Virus record (IMG/VR): IMGVR_UViG_3300025141_000033
Direction: 5' to 3' (one strand)
Source: an uncultured virus (IMG/VR IMGVR_UViG_3300025141_000033)
Taxonomy: Duplodnaviria; Heunggongvirae; Uroviricota; Caudoviricetes
Length of the DNA stretch: 64,000 nucleotides
Position numbers and translations under genes: made by a program. The notes beneath the pieces were generated by a model. It made no database searches and was not told the DNA's origin. It worked only from the letters and a program-made list of their open reading frames with translations. How positions within the stretch are numbered: the stretch's first letter is position 1; each line of letters starts with the position of its first letter. Below are positions 55,302-64,000 of the stretch, piece after piece.

Positions 55302-55362
55302 TTCACCCTCGACGTGAACATCCTAATTATACACCAAATCCGCGAAAAGTCAAATAGAAACT

Positions 55363-56340
55363 TCATTTATTTTCATTCGACTCTTGCACAATTCTATTCA
55401 AATTGGCGCGAAGGTCGTCCCACAGCAGTTCTCCGAAGCCATCCTCCCTCATCATTTTGAGGATACCGGTCTTATTAAATTCACATTTAAAATTCTTAAC
55501 GGTGCTTTTGATGACCCCCTTGGACTGGATGGAGATCTGGGGAGAGTAGAGCTGCATCATCTTATAGTTGTGGGCGATAAGATCTTCGGACTCCACGATG
55601 CTGTCGAAAAGCTTAAGCTTCGAGTCATCCTTTTCACAAAACTCGATGATGTCAGCAAGGGTGGCTTCGTCATCCTTTCGCATAAACGGCAGACGCTTGC
55701 GAAGAGTCTTGAAGCCCACCCCACGGACGCCGGGGAGGTTGTCTGACGCATCGCCGATAATAGCGCGAGCGAGGGCCATATTCCTTGGATGAACACCGAC
55801 TTGTTCAACAATGCGACTGGTGTTCATAAACTCGTCCTTAACGGGTCTCCACAGGACAGTCTCCTCATCGCAAAGTTGCATAAAATCCTTGTCGTTGGAG
55901 ACGATGATCTTCTGATGCCCGCCATACTGAGGAAGCTGGCACACATATGAGATAACATCGTCTGCCTCTACCTCCGGGAACATAAACTGCATCACAGGCA
56001 TCTCATTCAAGAATTCAATAAGCCGGCTTTGCTGCCAGATCTTGTTCTTTATTTCCTCATCATCAGTAAGGTTGTGGAAGGCACGATTAAGGCGGATAGG
56101 CTTTCGCCCTGCCTTATATCCCTTGTCCATGTTCTTGCGGCGGCGAGATCCATCGGGTCCGTCCCACGCCACGATGATGGCGCTGGGGTTGGTTTCTCGC
56201 ACAAGCTTCTGTAGGGACTTGAATGTGCCTACGACGCCGCCGATAGGTTGACCGTGGTGGGACAGGGAAGGATTGATCACATAATTGCGAATATACAGAT
56301 TTAGTGCGTCAATGATAAGGATTCGGTTATTCTTACTCAC
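55363..56340 (-). CDS. 5'-3' exonuclease / flap endonuclease (PolA N-terminal or T4 RNase H-like)
   Basis: IIDALN, AWDG, YKAGR, EADDVI, SNDKDF, GDASDNLPGVRGVG. Confidence 0.93.
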   Translation of the reverse strand: MSKNNRILIIDALNLYIRNYVINPSLSHHGQPIGGVVGTFKSLQKLVRETNPSAIIVAWDGPDGSRRRKNMDKGYKAGRKPIRLNRAFHNLTDDEEIKNKIWQQSRLIEFLNEMPVMQFMFPEVEADDVISYVCQLPQYGGHQKIIVSNDKDFMQLCDEETVLWRPVKDEFMNTSRIVEQVGVHPRNMALARAIIGDASDNLPGVRGVGFKTLRKRLPFMRKDDEATLADIIEFCEKDDSKLKLFDSIVESEDLIAHNYKMMQLYSPQISIQSKGVIKSTVKNFKCEFNKTGILKMMREDGFGELLWDDLRANLNRIVQESNENK

Positions 56341-56780
56341 AGCTTGTAGCTCCCGGCAATCTCGTTGTTGATGCTATATACGACTCGCTTGACACCGACA
56401 TGGCGCATAGCTTCGTGGCACATTGGACATGGCTTACTCATTTTATAATCTCCTTTCTTTCCTATTCTCGTGACAAAAATGGTTGAGCCCTCGGTGATCG
56501 AGCGATCGACCCCGAGGATGGCTCCAAGTTCGGCGTGGAGCGTCGCCCTTCCTTCTTGAATATGCTTGTTGCGGAAGCGGGCAGCAAACGAACAAAAGCT
56601 ATCTTTATTGCAAGCAGAGTTGCGGACTGATTTCCCTCTTACAAGTACCGCGCCATGGCGGTATGCTGGGAAGTTCGATTGTAGGGCAACTCTCTTAGCA
56701 AGCTCGAAGTACCGTTTGACTTTGCCTGTGTACTTGTGAGTCTTTTGAGTGCTCGGCTCATACTCCTTGCAGTCAGACAT
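56337..56780 (-). CDS. cytidine/deoxycytidylate deaminase-family protein
   Basis: HGAVL, HAE, PCPMC; promoter 56806-56834. Confidence 0.88.
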   Translation of the reverse strand: MSDCKEYEPSTQKTHKYTGKVKRYFELAKRVALQSNFPAYRHGAVLVRGKSVRNSACNKDSFCSFAARFRNKHIQEGRATLHAELGAILGVDRSITEGSTIFVTRIGKKGDYKMSKPCPMCHEAMRHVGVKRVVYSINNEIAGSYKL

Positions 56781-56853
56781 AAAACCTCCCGCTGATCACT
56801 TCTATATTGTAACCGAACGGGAGGGAAAAGTCAAGCACTTTCTGTAAGTTTTT

Positions 56854-57123
56854 TCAACGCCATTGAATGGCAAAGTGACCCTGGATAAGAACGCCGCGAT
56901 GGTCCATATATGAAGGAACCCATCTCAGAACCATTACGTATCCGTGGCGAGTATGCCGGTGGGGCTCTCCCAAGAATACCCGCAAGCGGTGTTTGTGAGA
57001 CTTGCGGGCTTTATAGCGGCGAGAGGTTTCCTCTTGGTGAGAGTTGTGTGGCTCTGCATGCGCTCGATGAGCGTCTGCGGTGCTAATAACTCCGGACAAC
57101 AAAATGGCGATGATATTAACCAT
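56854..57123 (-). CDS. small secreted His/Arg-rich protein (paralog A)
   Basis: Signal peptide ..TADA|HR; 'GYVMVLRWVP...I.GH'. Confidence 0.7.
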   Translation of the reverse strand: MVNIIAILLSGVISTADAHRAHAEPHNSHQEETSRRYKARKSHKHRLRVFLGEPHRHTRHGYVMVLRWVPSYMDHRGVLIQGHFAIQWR

Positions 57124-57129
57124 TTAAAT

Positions 57130-57363
57130 TCACTTCCACTCAATGACCCAGCGACCAGAGATAAGCAGGTTATTATGGTCTCTGTGAGGGGGAATCCACC
57201 TCCAGACCATCACATATCCGTCACGGGTGTGCTTGTGAGGCTTGCGAATCTTGCGGCGGTGAGCCACCTTTGCGCGGCGTGGTGGGGGAGGGGCGACGTG
57301 TGCTCGATGAGCGTCTGCGGTGCCGATGGCTCCTGCAAGTATGATAGCGATAATGTTAAACAT
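57130..57363 (-). CDS. small secreted His/Arg-rich protein (paralog B)
   Basis: Signal peptide ..TADA|HR; 'GYVMVWRWIP...ISGRW'. Confidence 0.7.
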   Translation of the reverse strand: MFNIIAIILAGAIGTADAHRAHVAPPPPRRAKVAHRRKIRKPHKHTRDGYVMVWRWIPPHRDHNNLLISGRWVIEWK

Positions 57364-57408
57364 TTGGTGTCTCCTTATGACTAATATTTAGACGGATGAA
57401 GAACTATT

Positions 57409-58536
57409 TTATTCAATATTTTCTTCTGTCTCGTAAAAATTGGAGGCGTCTCCTTCACGACGATCAAACTTCATAATAATATCCTCATCAAGAACATTAT
57501 AAACGAGGGCACGGAATGCATCGTCCTTCATCTTCTTCATCCAGGTTCCGGCTTGGAACCGAACTGCGTTAGCTGTTCCCTCGTCAAGAGTGTACCAAGC
57601 CCCACTGGAGGTTAGTCGGCTAGAACTCTTGATAGCCTCAAGGAGACTCTCGTCATCTTGAATGCCGATCTCCTCAGTCCCCCATAGGATCTTGAAGTTG
57701 CAGTTGCGACCCTGGGTCCCAAAGCGAGACTTCTCAATCTTTGCCTTCACTTCAGAGCCGATGCGGAAGCCGTTGTCATCTTCGACAAAAGAAGCTTTAG
57801 CCTTGCGCCCTGTGAGCCAAACTCGCAGAGAATACGCATAGTGGAGCGCCTTGCCACCGGGAGTGACGTATGGCGTCGTCATAGCAGTTATGCGAGCCAT
57901 AGGACCGGAGGCAATGTTCGTCTTAAGCTGGTTGAGGATGAGAAGTGTCGCCTGCTTGTCTGCGATAGGGATGACGAGCTTGGACATCGCCTTGGCGAGG
58001 ATGCGTGCTTTGACAGCCATCGAGGATTGTGGATTGAAGTCTCCTTCAACGTCAGTAATGGCAGGGGTGAAAGCCAACGAGTCCCAGATAAAAAGAATCT
58101 GGTTGTCGGAACCCCCAAGAAGCTCTTCAATGGTTTCCAAGACGAATTCGACGGAAGTTGCTTGGATGTACAATAGTCGGTCGAGGTTGCACCCTGTTCG
58201 CTCCAAAAATGTAGGGTCAATAGCAGACTCCGAATCAAAATAGACAACGTCCATATCCATTTGCTGGGCGTTGGCGGCTATCTGTGCTGCCATATATGAC
58301 TTGCCTGTAGAAGTGAGCCCAGCAAGCTCCGAAACCTTGCCGACGGGGATGCCGGCAATCTTGCCCTTACAGATGATGCTATCGAGCCAGCGGGAGCCTG
58401 TGGGAATCCACTGTTTGACTTCCGTTGGGTTATCATCCTTAAGAGAGTGGGCGACAGTTCGACCAGCCTTCTTATTGATCATCTTCCGCATGTCTTCCAT
58501 GGAAAGGCGACCTGCCTTCGTTGTTTTCTTAGCCAT
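57409..58536 (-). CDS. recA: RecA/UvsX recombinase
   Basis: IPTGS..LD, GLTSTGKS, FDSE, IWDSLA, NQ, TPGGKAL..AYS.R, GAWY. Confidence 0.95.
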   Translation of the reverse strand: MAKKTTKAGRLSMEDMRKMINKKAGRTVAHSLKDDNPTEVKQWIPTGSRWLDSIICKGKIAGIPVGKVSELAGLTSTGKSYMAAQIAANAQQMDMDVVYFDSESAIDPTFLERTGCNLDRLLYIQATSVEFVLETIEELLGGSDNQILFIWDSLAFTPAITDVEGDFNPQSSMAVKARILAKAMSKLVIPIADKQATLLILNQLKTNIASGPMARITAMTTPYVTPGGKALHYAYSLRVWLTGRKAKASFVEDDNGFRIGSEVKAKIEKSRFGTQGRNCNFKILWGTEEIGIQDDESLLEAIKSSSRLTSSGAWYTLDEGTANAVRFQAGTWMKKMKDDAFRALVYNVLDEDIIMKFDRREGDASNFYETEENIE

Positions 58537-58545
58537 TATTTCTCC

Positions 58546-58731
58546 TTAGATTTTAATTTTGGGACCAATATATTTGGTTGTTTCTTTAATGATTCGATCT
58601 TTTTCTATTTGATGCTTTGGGCAGTACCTGTGGCGGGGATTGCATGTCTTTGCTAAGCACGGGTTGTCGCTATAATAGCCACCACAACCGGGGTCAACCA
58701 GGATTTCGCTCCACTTGTTCTTCTTACACAT
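58546..58731 (-). CDS. small Cys-rich hypothetical protein
   Basis: 61 aa; C..C..C..YCPKH. Confidence 0.5.
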   Translation of the reverse strand: MCKKNKWSEILVDPGCGGYYSDNPCLAKTCNPRHRYCPKHQIEKDRIIKETTKYIGPKIKI

Positions 58732-59656
58732 TCTTATTTCCTATCATCAAGATCTCCTTGGCTCTTTTAGCACGATAGGTGCCGTCGATGTTCTTTTTTC
58801 GGCGGCCGGCAGTATAAGTCACATCAAAATAAACTAAGTCGTTACTGCCGGTGCGCTCTTCAAAGAAGCCGTCCCCTACGTCTCTGTTAGACATTATAGT
58901 GTAAGAACCAATAGATGTTGCATCATTTAAAAATTTAATAACGCTGCTCTGCATCTCATCATCAAAATTAACGCCATACTGTGTGAAGGAACCGCGATAA
59001 GGAGGGTCCAAAAACACATATGAGTTGGGCGAAGCCTCGCCTAATGTCTCCCTAAAATCCCCCGTCATCAACTTGCAGTTCTGTAATGCTTTGTTCCACT
59101 GGCGAACGTTTTCCTTATCATAGACCTTGTCTTTGTGATTTAACAGCCCTGAAGGAGTTCCGAAGCGTCCGTTTGTGTTCTTGTTGATTTGCCAGATTCC
59201 ATTGAATCCGGTTTTCATTAAAAAGTATAATGTCGCAGCCTCTTGCACCTTGGTCCAGCCTTCAAATTCAAAGGCGTGTTGTTCGCGGATCTTATAATAA
59301 AATGCCTTCCTATCTTCTTTTGATAGAGGCAAATACTCGTTTGACAATTCATCGACTCTCTCCATAAAGGCGTCAATATCATTTTTTACTGCTTCGTAAA
59401 TCGACATTATTGAGGCGTTTGAATCGTTTATAACAAATTTAGCTTTCGGGTTTTTGTTGTAAGCCCAAATAAACATTGCGCCGGCACCCACAAAAGGTTC
59501 GATATATGAACCAAACGTCTCTGGCAGCACACGTTGCTCTTTGTACTTCTTGATTAGCCGGGTCTTACCACCCGCCCACATAAACAATGGCTTCATACGA
59601 TTTTTGCTAAACTCTGGTAAAGGGCGGCAGACTATTTTTTCAAACCGGTCTGCCAT
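58724..59656 (-). CDS. DNA adenine methyltransferase (Dam/D12 class)
   Basis: WAGGK, EPFVGAGA, KTGFNG, FLDPPY. Confidence 0.93.
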   Translation of the reverse strand: MADRFEKIVCRPLPEFSKNRMKPLFMWAGGKTRLIKKYKEQRVLPETFGSYIEPFVGAGAMFIWAYNKNPKAKFVINDSNASIMSIYEAVKNDIDAFMERVDELSNEYLPLSKEDRKAFYYKIREQHAFEFEGWTKVQEAATLYFLMKTGFNGIWQINKNTNGRFGTPSGLLNHKDKVYDKENVRQWNKALQNCKLMTGDFRETLGEASPNSYVFLDPPYRGSFTQYGVNFDDEMQSSVIKFLNDATSIGSYTIMSNRDVGDGFFEERTGSNDLVYFDVTYTAGRRKKNIDGTYRAKRAKEILMIGNKNV

Positions 59657-59671
59657 CGGCGGGCGCGGATT

Positions 59672-60445
59672 CTATCCGTTCATAAGCTCGTTAAAAGCTC
59701 GGTCGACTTCGCTGCCGCCAGACTTGGCAGGGTTGCGAGTGGTCTCGGAAGAGCGGGATTCGGCACTACCATCGCCGGAAAGTTGCTCGTCAAGAATAGA
59801 GTCAACCTGCTCGGGGGTCTGTCGCTCAAATAGGTTCCCAAAGTCTGGGAGCTTGTCGAGAAGAGGGGAGATAGCTTCACCGTCCTCAAGGAGAGGAGAG
59901 GTGTTGCGTCGCATCTTCAAGTTCGTTTGAGGATATGCGCCGGGCTTTGTTGGCTTAGTATAAGTAAGGGTGATATCTGTGCCTTCATGAGAGTCGGTGA
60001 TATCGCCATACTCAGGGTCAAGGATGTAGCCGAGAAGAAGCTCATAAGCCTGCTTTCCGTAGCCGTATACCTTGACACCCTCATCCTCGCGGCCGCGAAC
60101 GACCACAGGTGAGAAGTAGCGGGTGCGGACGAAGAGCTTCTTGGCAAGTGACTTGCTGTCTTCATCATTGTTATCCGATCCTTCACGCCACAGCTGAGAC
60201 GCAAAATCACACACTGGGCAGCGATCACCGAAGTTGCGCTTGGGGCATAGGATGCCGCCCTGATGACTTCCGACGTTGTAGTGGAAGAACATCTCCTTAA
60301 GAGGGTCTCCATCACTAGTGGGCACGATTCGAATGTCAGTGTCGCCTTCATCTGGCTTAAACCAGACAGAGTCACGGTTCTCTCTCTTTCCTTCTCCACG
60401 AAGGGTCGCCAACTTTTGGCGCATTAGTTCCATATCGATACTCAT
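59672..60445 (-). CDS. gp32-like single-stranded DNA-binding protein
   Basis: 'WFKP..G...IRIVP', H..C..CPVC zinc site, 'YGYGK', 'DITD..G.D', acidic tail. Confidence 0.88.
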   Translation of the reverse strand: MSIDMELMRQKLATLRGEGKRENRDSVWFKPDEGDTDIRIVPTSDGDPLKEMFFHYNVGSHQGGILCPKRNFGDRCPVCDFASQLWREGSDNNDEDSKSLAKKLFVRTRYFSPVVVRGREDEGVKVYGYGKQAYELLLGYILDPEYGDITDSHEGTDITLTYTKPTKPGAYPQTNLKMRRNTSPLLEDGEAISPLLDKLPDFGNLFERQTPEQVDSILDEQLSGDGSAESRSSETTRNPAKSGGSEVDRAFNELMNG

Positions 60446-60605
60446 TTTTTCTCCTTATTAGTTTTATGAGTTCACAGCAAGCGTTCCTTACTGCTCTATT
60501 TTTACTCTCGACGTAGCTTGTCGAAAGTGGGTTTGTCCAACCTTTATGGTTGGCAAGTCTTGTTTCTTACATTAATAATATAACACAGTGGCGGGTGAGT
60601 GTCAA
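60446..60605 (-). promoter_or_regulatory. sigma70 promoter plus ~125-nt structured 5' leader of SSB
   Basis: -35 TTGACA 60600-60605, -10 TATATT 60577-60582; three hairpins before the SD. Confidence 0.65.
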
Positions 60606-60619
60606 GTACTTTTTGTAAG

Positions 60620-61465
60620 TTATTCTGAATTTTCTTGAACGACGTTTGTGTGAGCCACGCAGAAGCCAAAACTCTGCTTGTGGGCGGATTCGTAGATCGC
60701 ATACGAAATCTTTCTAAAGGCGTTCTTTGGTTTCTCCTTCAGTTGATCTACGATCCTTCTGTGTAGTCCGCCGTCGTTTTCCAGCTTCTCTGAGTTGATA
60801 CAAAGATAATAGCACAAATCTCTTGGGCTTTGTAGGTCGAAGAACCATTTTTCTTCTAAAGTCTCGGTCGAGAGCATTCCGCAAGTCTTGATGCGGTTAA
60901 TCTCCCCCACTCGGGAAACTTGTCCGATTTCGGGTTCTGCATTGTCAAAATAATTTAGGTAATGGATCGTGGAAGCTACAGAGGAGTTAAGCACTCCGTA
61001 ATAGCCCTTGATCGGAACATTGCCAATAATGTTTTCAATGTTGTGGTTTGAGAGAATGTTGAATGAGTTGAACAGTCCCGAACGTGCGTACTGCTGTAAG
61101 ACCCCGAATACAACGTTCTCGACGAGTTTTCGCACTCCAGTCAAAAGCTCGGTATCTGGCTTCACGTAAACAACATCGATCTTCTTGCCTTGGAGTTGCT
61201 GCAAAACTGCGAGCGAATAGTTTGAGCTGAAGGAAGCGCCGACTATGATAAACTGGATGTGCTCGTCTGTGGTTGAGAAAAACTTTTTCAAGTTTGGAGG
61301 GTGGTCCTCATACTCCTCTGGTCTCTCGAATGACTTAAGCTTAAACTTATACTTTGAGGTTCTTCCGACTTTGTCATTCATCTGGTAGACGTTGTATTGT
61401 GGCCACTCACTAAACAAGGAAGCTATTTTAGATGCGGCGGTGCCAAGCCCGATTACAGAAATCAT
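60620..61465 (-). CDS. divergent tubulin/FtsZ-like (PhuZ/TubZ-like) protein
   Basis: 'ISVIGLGTAASKIA', strand+'GASFSSN' at the tubulin signature, 'V.P', 'ILSN', 'YYGVLN..VA'. Confidence 0.6.
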   Translation of the reverse strand: MISVIGLGTAASKIASLFSEWPQYNVYQMNDKVGRTSKYKFKLKSFERPEEYEDHPPNLKKFFSTTDEHIQFIIVGASFSSNYSLAVLQQLQGKKIDVVYVKPDTELLTGVRKLVENVVFGVLQQYARSGLFNSFNILSNHNIENIIGNVPIKGYYGVLNSSVASTIHYLNYFDNAEPEIGQVSRVGEINRIKTCGMLSTETLEEKWFFDLQSPRDLCYYLCINSEKLENDGGLHRRIVDQLKEKPKNAFRKISYAIYESAHKQSFGFCVAHTNVVQENSE

Positions 61466-62646
61466 ATCTTTAGTGTCTCAAGCTCATAGTAGTCTCTGCC
61501 TGCGTTCACATTTGCTTTGAATTCTCCCAGCGCAGTGTTCTCAAAGCATTCAAGAATACTGGGAAGCAGATCTCGATCTTCGTCTTTGAGGTCAAGAACG
61601 ATCTCATCGTGGACGATGTGTGAGATGAAAGTGCTTCTGCCTTCAAGCATCTTATCGATCTCAACTGCCTTCTGGAGGACGATATCTGCTGTCGTACTCT
61701 GGATAAGATAGTTGAGGGCTCTGCGTTCGTCGATGGGGATGTGACGATCGAACGGGGTATGAACGGCGCCGTCGGTGTAGTATTCGCTCAATATGGCGGT
61801 GCGGTCGTAATATTCTCCGCTAAGATCTTCCGAGTCAAAGTTATACAGCCAAGCGAAGAATGCGCTTTTCGCTTCATCCCTTGTGAGGACATTGTCAAAA
61901 ATGTTCTCAATATTCCACGCATGAATATCGCCCTCTGGTTGCTCGTGTCCGGAGAGAGCAAGGAAGGTGCGAATCTCCGCTCCGTTATAATCGAGAGAAA
62001 TAAACCAGTCGTTATTTGGCTTGATGAGTTTACGGAAATCCTTGCGGATAGTCAATATTGGAAGGCTTGTTGGCTTTGTTGTCAGGCGACCGGTAACGGT
62101 ACCAAAAAGATTATAGTCGACGTGCTTTGGTCCGTTGATAATATTGCGGGCCCGATTGCGATCAGTTGAATTATAGAACAGACTGGTGCAACCGTCGTTG
62201 TTGAGATTAAGGGACTGATACTTGATCTTATGAAGAAGTCGGTGAACGCCATCGAGATGGTCGTAGTTTGGCGGCTTCTCGTAAGTATCAAAAACATGTT
62301 CCGTCACTTGATTTTTAATCTCACAAAAGGTCTTTAAAAATCCATGTGGGACGAGATCAAAAAAGCAATGCTCTCGTAGATCAACTTTCGCAATATGGAA
62401 TGTCTTCAAATAGGCGGCGAACTTTGCTTGGGCTGAATTGAGTTTCTTCAGCAATCCTTCAGGACATACCTGTGTCAGGTCCTGTCCTCTCGCGTATAGC
62501 CAAGCGTACTCAACAGCAGGGTCACTGATCGAGCCCGAGTACTTCCAAGTCTTGGTCAAGTTCGCGGGGATCTTATCGAAATGGATCTCTCCATCTACAT
62601 ATGTACCGACGCACTCAGTTTTGTCGTCGAGGGTTTGGAAAATCAA
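61462..62646 (-). CDS. compact family A DNA polymerase
   Basis: GTVTGRL, motif A DYNGAEIR, DIH, motif B RDEAK..F..LY, NYLIQST.AD, motif C VHDEI. Confidence 0.85.
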   Translation of the reverse strand: MIFQTLDDKTECVGTYVDGEIHFDKIPANLTKTWKYSGSISDPAVEYAWLYARGQDLTQVCPEGLLKKLNSAQAKFAAYLKTFHIAKVDLREHCFFDLVPHGFLKTFCEIKNQVTEHVFDTYEKPPNYDHLDGVHRLLHKIKYQSLNLNNDGCTSLFYNSTDRNRARNIINGPKHVDYNLFGTVTGRLTTKPTSLPILTIRKDFRKLIKPNNDWFISLDYNGAEIRTFLALSGHEQPEGDIHAWNIENIFDNVLTRDEAKSAFFAWLYNFDSEDLSGEYYDRTAILSEYYTDGAVHTPFDRHIPIDERRALNYLIQSTTADIVLQKAVEIDKMLEGRSTFISHIVHDEIVLDLKDEDRDLLPSILECFENTALGEFKANVNAGRDYYELETLKI

Positions 62647-63839
62647 TCTTGCTCCTGCTTCATAGCTTCTATATGTTCTTTAATATAACCCAAAGAGCCG
62701 CGATAGTCAAGTGTTTTGTTGATAATTTTTTCAAATTTATCCAAAGCCATAGAGGATCCCTTCGCGTTGTAGATCTCCAGACAATCACTTATCAACTTTT
62801 CCTTTTGAGAAGGAGTAAAGGAAGATTCTTCTTCCATAAGCCTCACTTTGAAATACATTTTGAGGAAATACTGCTCTGGGAATTGGTCGGAGAGAGAAGT
62901 CAACGAATATCTCCTTGGCTTGACAATTTTTGATATCGTTGAGGTTCCGCATTGCTCTTGAACAAGAAAACTATCGGGCTTGTTTTCATTATACATCATT
63001 AGCAAGAAACTTTTAAACTTTCCATAGTAAGTTTTGTGGACTGTGGAGTATGAGGAGAACAAGAATCCTTCGCGGCTATTGTAGCCATACGATTTCGCTA
63101 AATCGTTGTGCGGGATCGAGGCTATATCCATCACAAGTCTCCAAGGTACCTCCTTATCGATCATAAATCCATATGAATTACAGGTATTTACATAAAATTG
63201 CCAGTTATCACTGCGCACAAACTGATTGATCTTGTTGTCATCGTTAGACATCTTGGCATCAGCAACTTCTATCACCAATCCAGAACTATAGACGGGGCAA
63301 TAGCGGCTTTTAATGTATGCCGGGTAGGTCATCGGGTAAGAGCGTATGATGGTTGGGAGGGAGATTTCGAGTTTTTGCATAAAATCTTTAAAATCAGTAA
63401 GATTTATACCCGTTTCTTTAAAGGCGGACCTCATAGAGCTTCTAAAGCCTATAAAATAATCATCGTAGCCCTTTCGAGGACTCTGATATGCTCTAAACGC
63501 TTTGATCTCGCTTAAATATGGGTGAGTGGCAGAGATCTCACCAAGAGCAAGTTTCTTTTTGAATTGGCGCGCCATTTCATTAAAAGAGTCGGCGGCTATA
63601 TTTGTTGCGAGGACAGGGGTGGATGAATCAGATGTCTGTTTGATCTCCTTTAGTGCGCGCTTTATTGGACGCACTGGAATATAATCAAAGTTGACTCGTC
63701 CGTATAGATACATCTCGCCAAAATTAAAATCAACAAGATTGCCTGTGTCGGAGCGGGTTATGTCAGATTGATAGATTGTTTTTTTATAAAACAAATCCTT
63801 GGTTGATTCTCCATTGCTCTCTTTGTAAAAAGTAGACAT
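62643..63839 (-). CDS. hypothetical protein
   Basis: 398 aa with SD; no recognised motif. Confidence 0.8.
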   Translation of the reverse strand: MSTFYKESNGESTKDLFYKKTIYQSDITRSDTGNLVDFNFGEMYLYGRVNFDYIPVRPIKRALKEIKQTSDSSTPVLATNIAADSFNEMARQFKKKLALGEISATHPYLSEIKAFRAYQSPRKGYDDYFIGFRSSMRSAFKETGINLTDFKDFMQKLEISLPTIIRSYPMTYPAYIKSRYCPVYSSGLVIEVADAKMSNDDNKINQFVRSDNWQFYVNTCNSYGFMIDKEVPWRLVMDIASIPHNDLAKSYGYNSREGFLFSSYSTVHKTYYGKFKSFLLMMYNENKPDSFLVQEQCGTSTISKIVKPRRYSLTSLSDQFPEQYFLKMYFKVRLMEEESSFTPSQKEKLISDCLEIYNAKGSSMALDKFEKIINKTLDYRGSLGYIKEHIEAMKQEQD

Positions 63840-63842
63840 CTC

Positions 63843-64000
63843 TTATCCTCTCCCTAATACTGTTTTGCAACGAGCCGGCTCTAATGAGCCATCACCAGAG
63901 GAGGCTTTTATCTCAGCCCCCCCTTCGACCTGTTCGTTCTCAATTTCAGCAACCCATTTAGCTGTTATCTCTGAATCTGCTCGGCCCGGTCCAAAAGAAT
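63843..64000 (-). CDS. 3' end of a gene truncated by the window edge
   Basis: Open minus-strand frame ending TAA near 63843. Confidence 0.45.
   Translation of the reverse strand, partial: SFGPGRADSEITAKWVAEIENEQVEGGAEIKASSGDGSLEPARCKTVLGRG

Overview
A 64-kb segment of a large dsDNA bacteriophage (jumbo/T4-like gene content, standard genetic code). Essentially all credible genes are on the minus strand. The right half (about 32-64 kb) holds replication and metabolism genes: DnaE, a compact PolA-family polymerase, gp32-like SSB, RecA/UvsX, a 5'-3' exonuclease, class II RNR, IMPDH/GMPR, GroEL and GroES, two ClpP-like proteases, a J-domain protein, an amidase endolysin, a divergent tubulin-like protein and several DNA methyltransferases. 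It also holds a DnaB/gp41 helicase fractured into two genes by a naturally split intein, with a free-standing endonuclease between the halves. The middle carries four tRNAs (Asn-GTT, Ile-TAT, Arg-TCT with a long variable arm, Val-GAC), an HNH endonuclease, a mini alanyl-tRNA synthetase and a putative restriction-modification pair. The left ~11 kb is an array of short gene units. Each unit is headed by the same fixed-geometry element: a near-consensus sigma70 promoter plus two extra TGACA boxes at +14 and +25 bp, which often contain the stop codon of the preceding gene. The array is rich in paralogous small 'K(V/I)GDLV' SH3/KOW-like proteins. All functional calls come from motif recognition by eye; no database searches were run.
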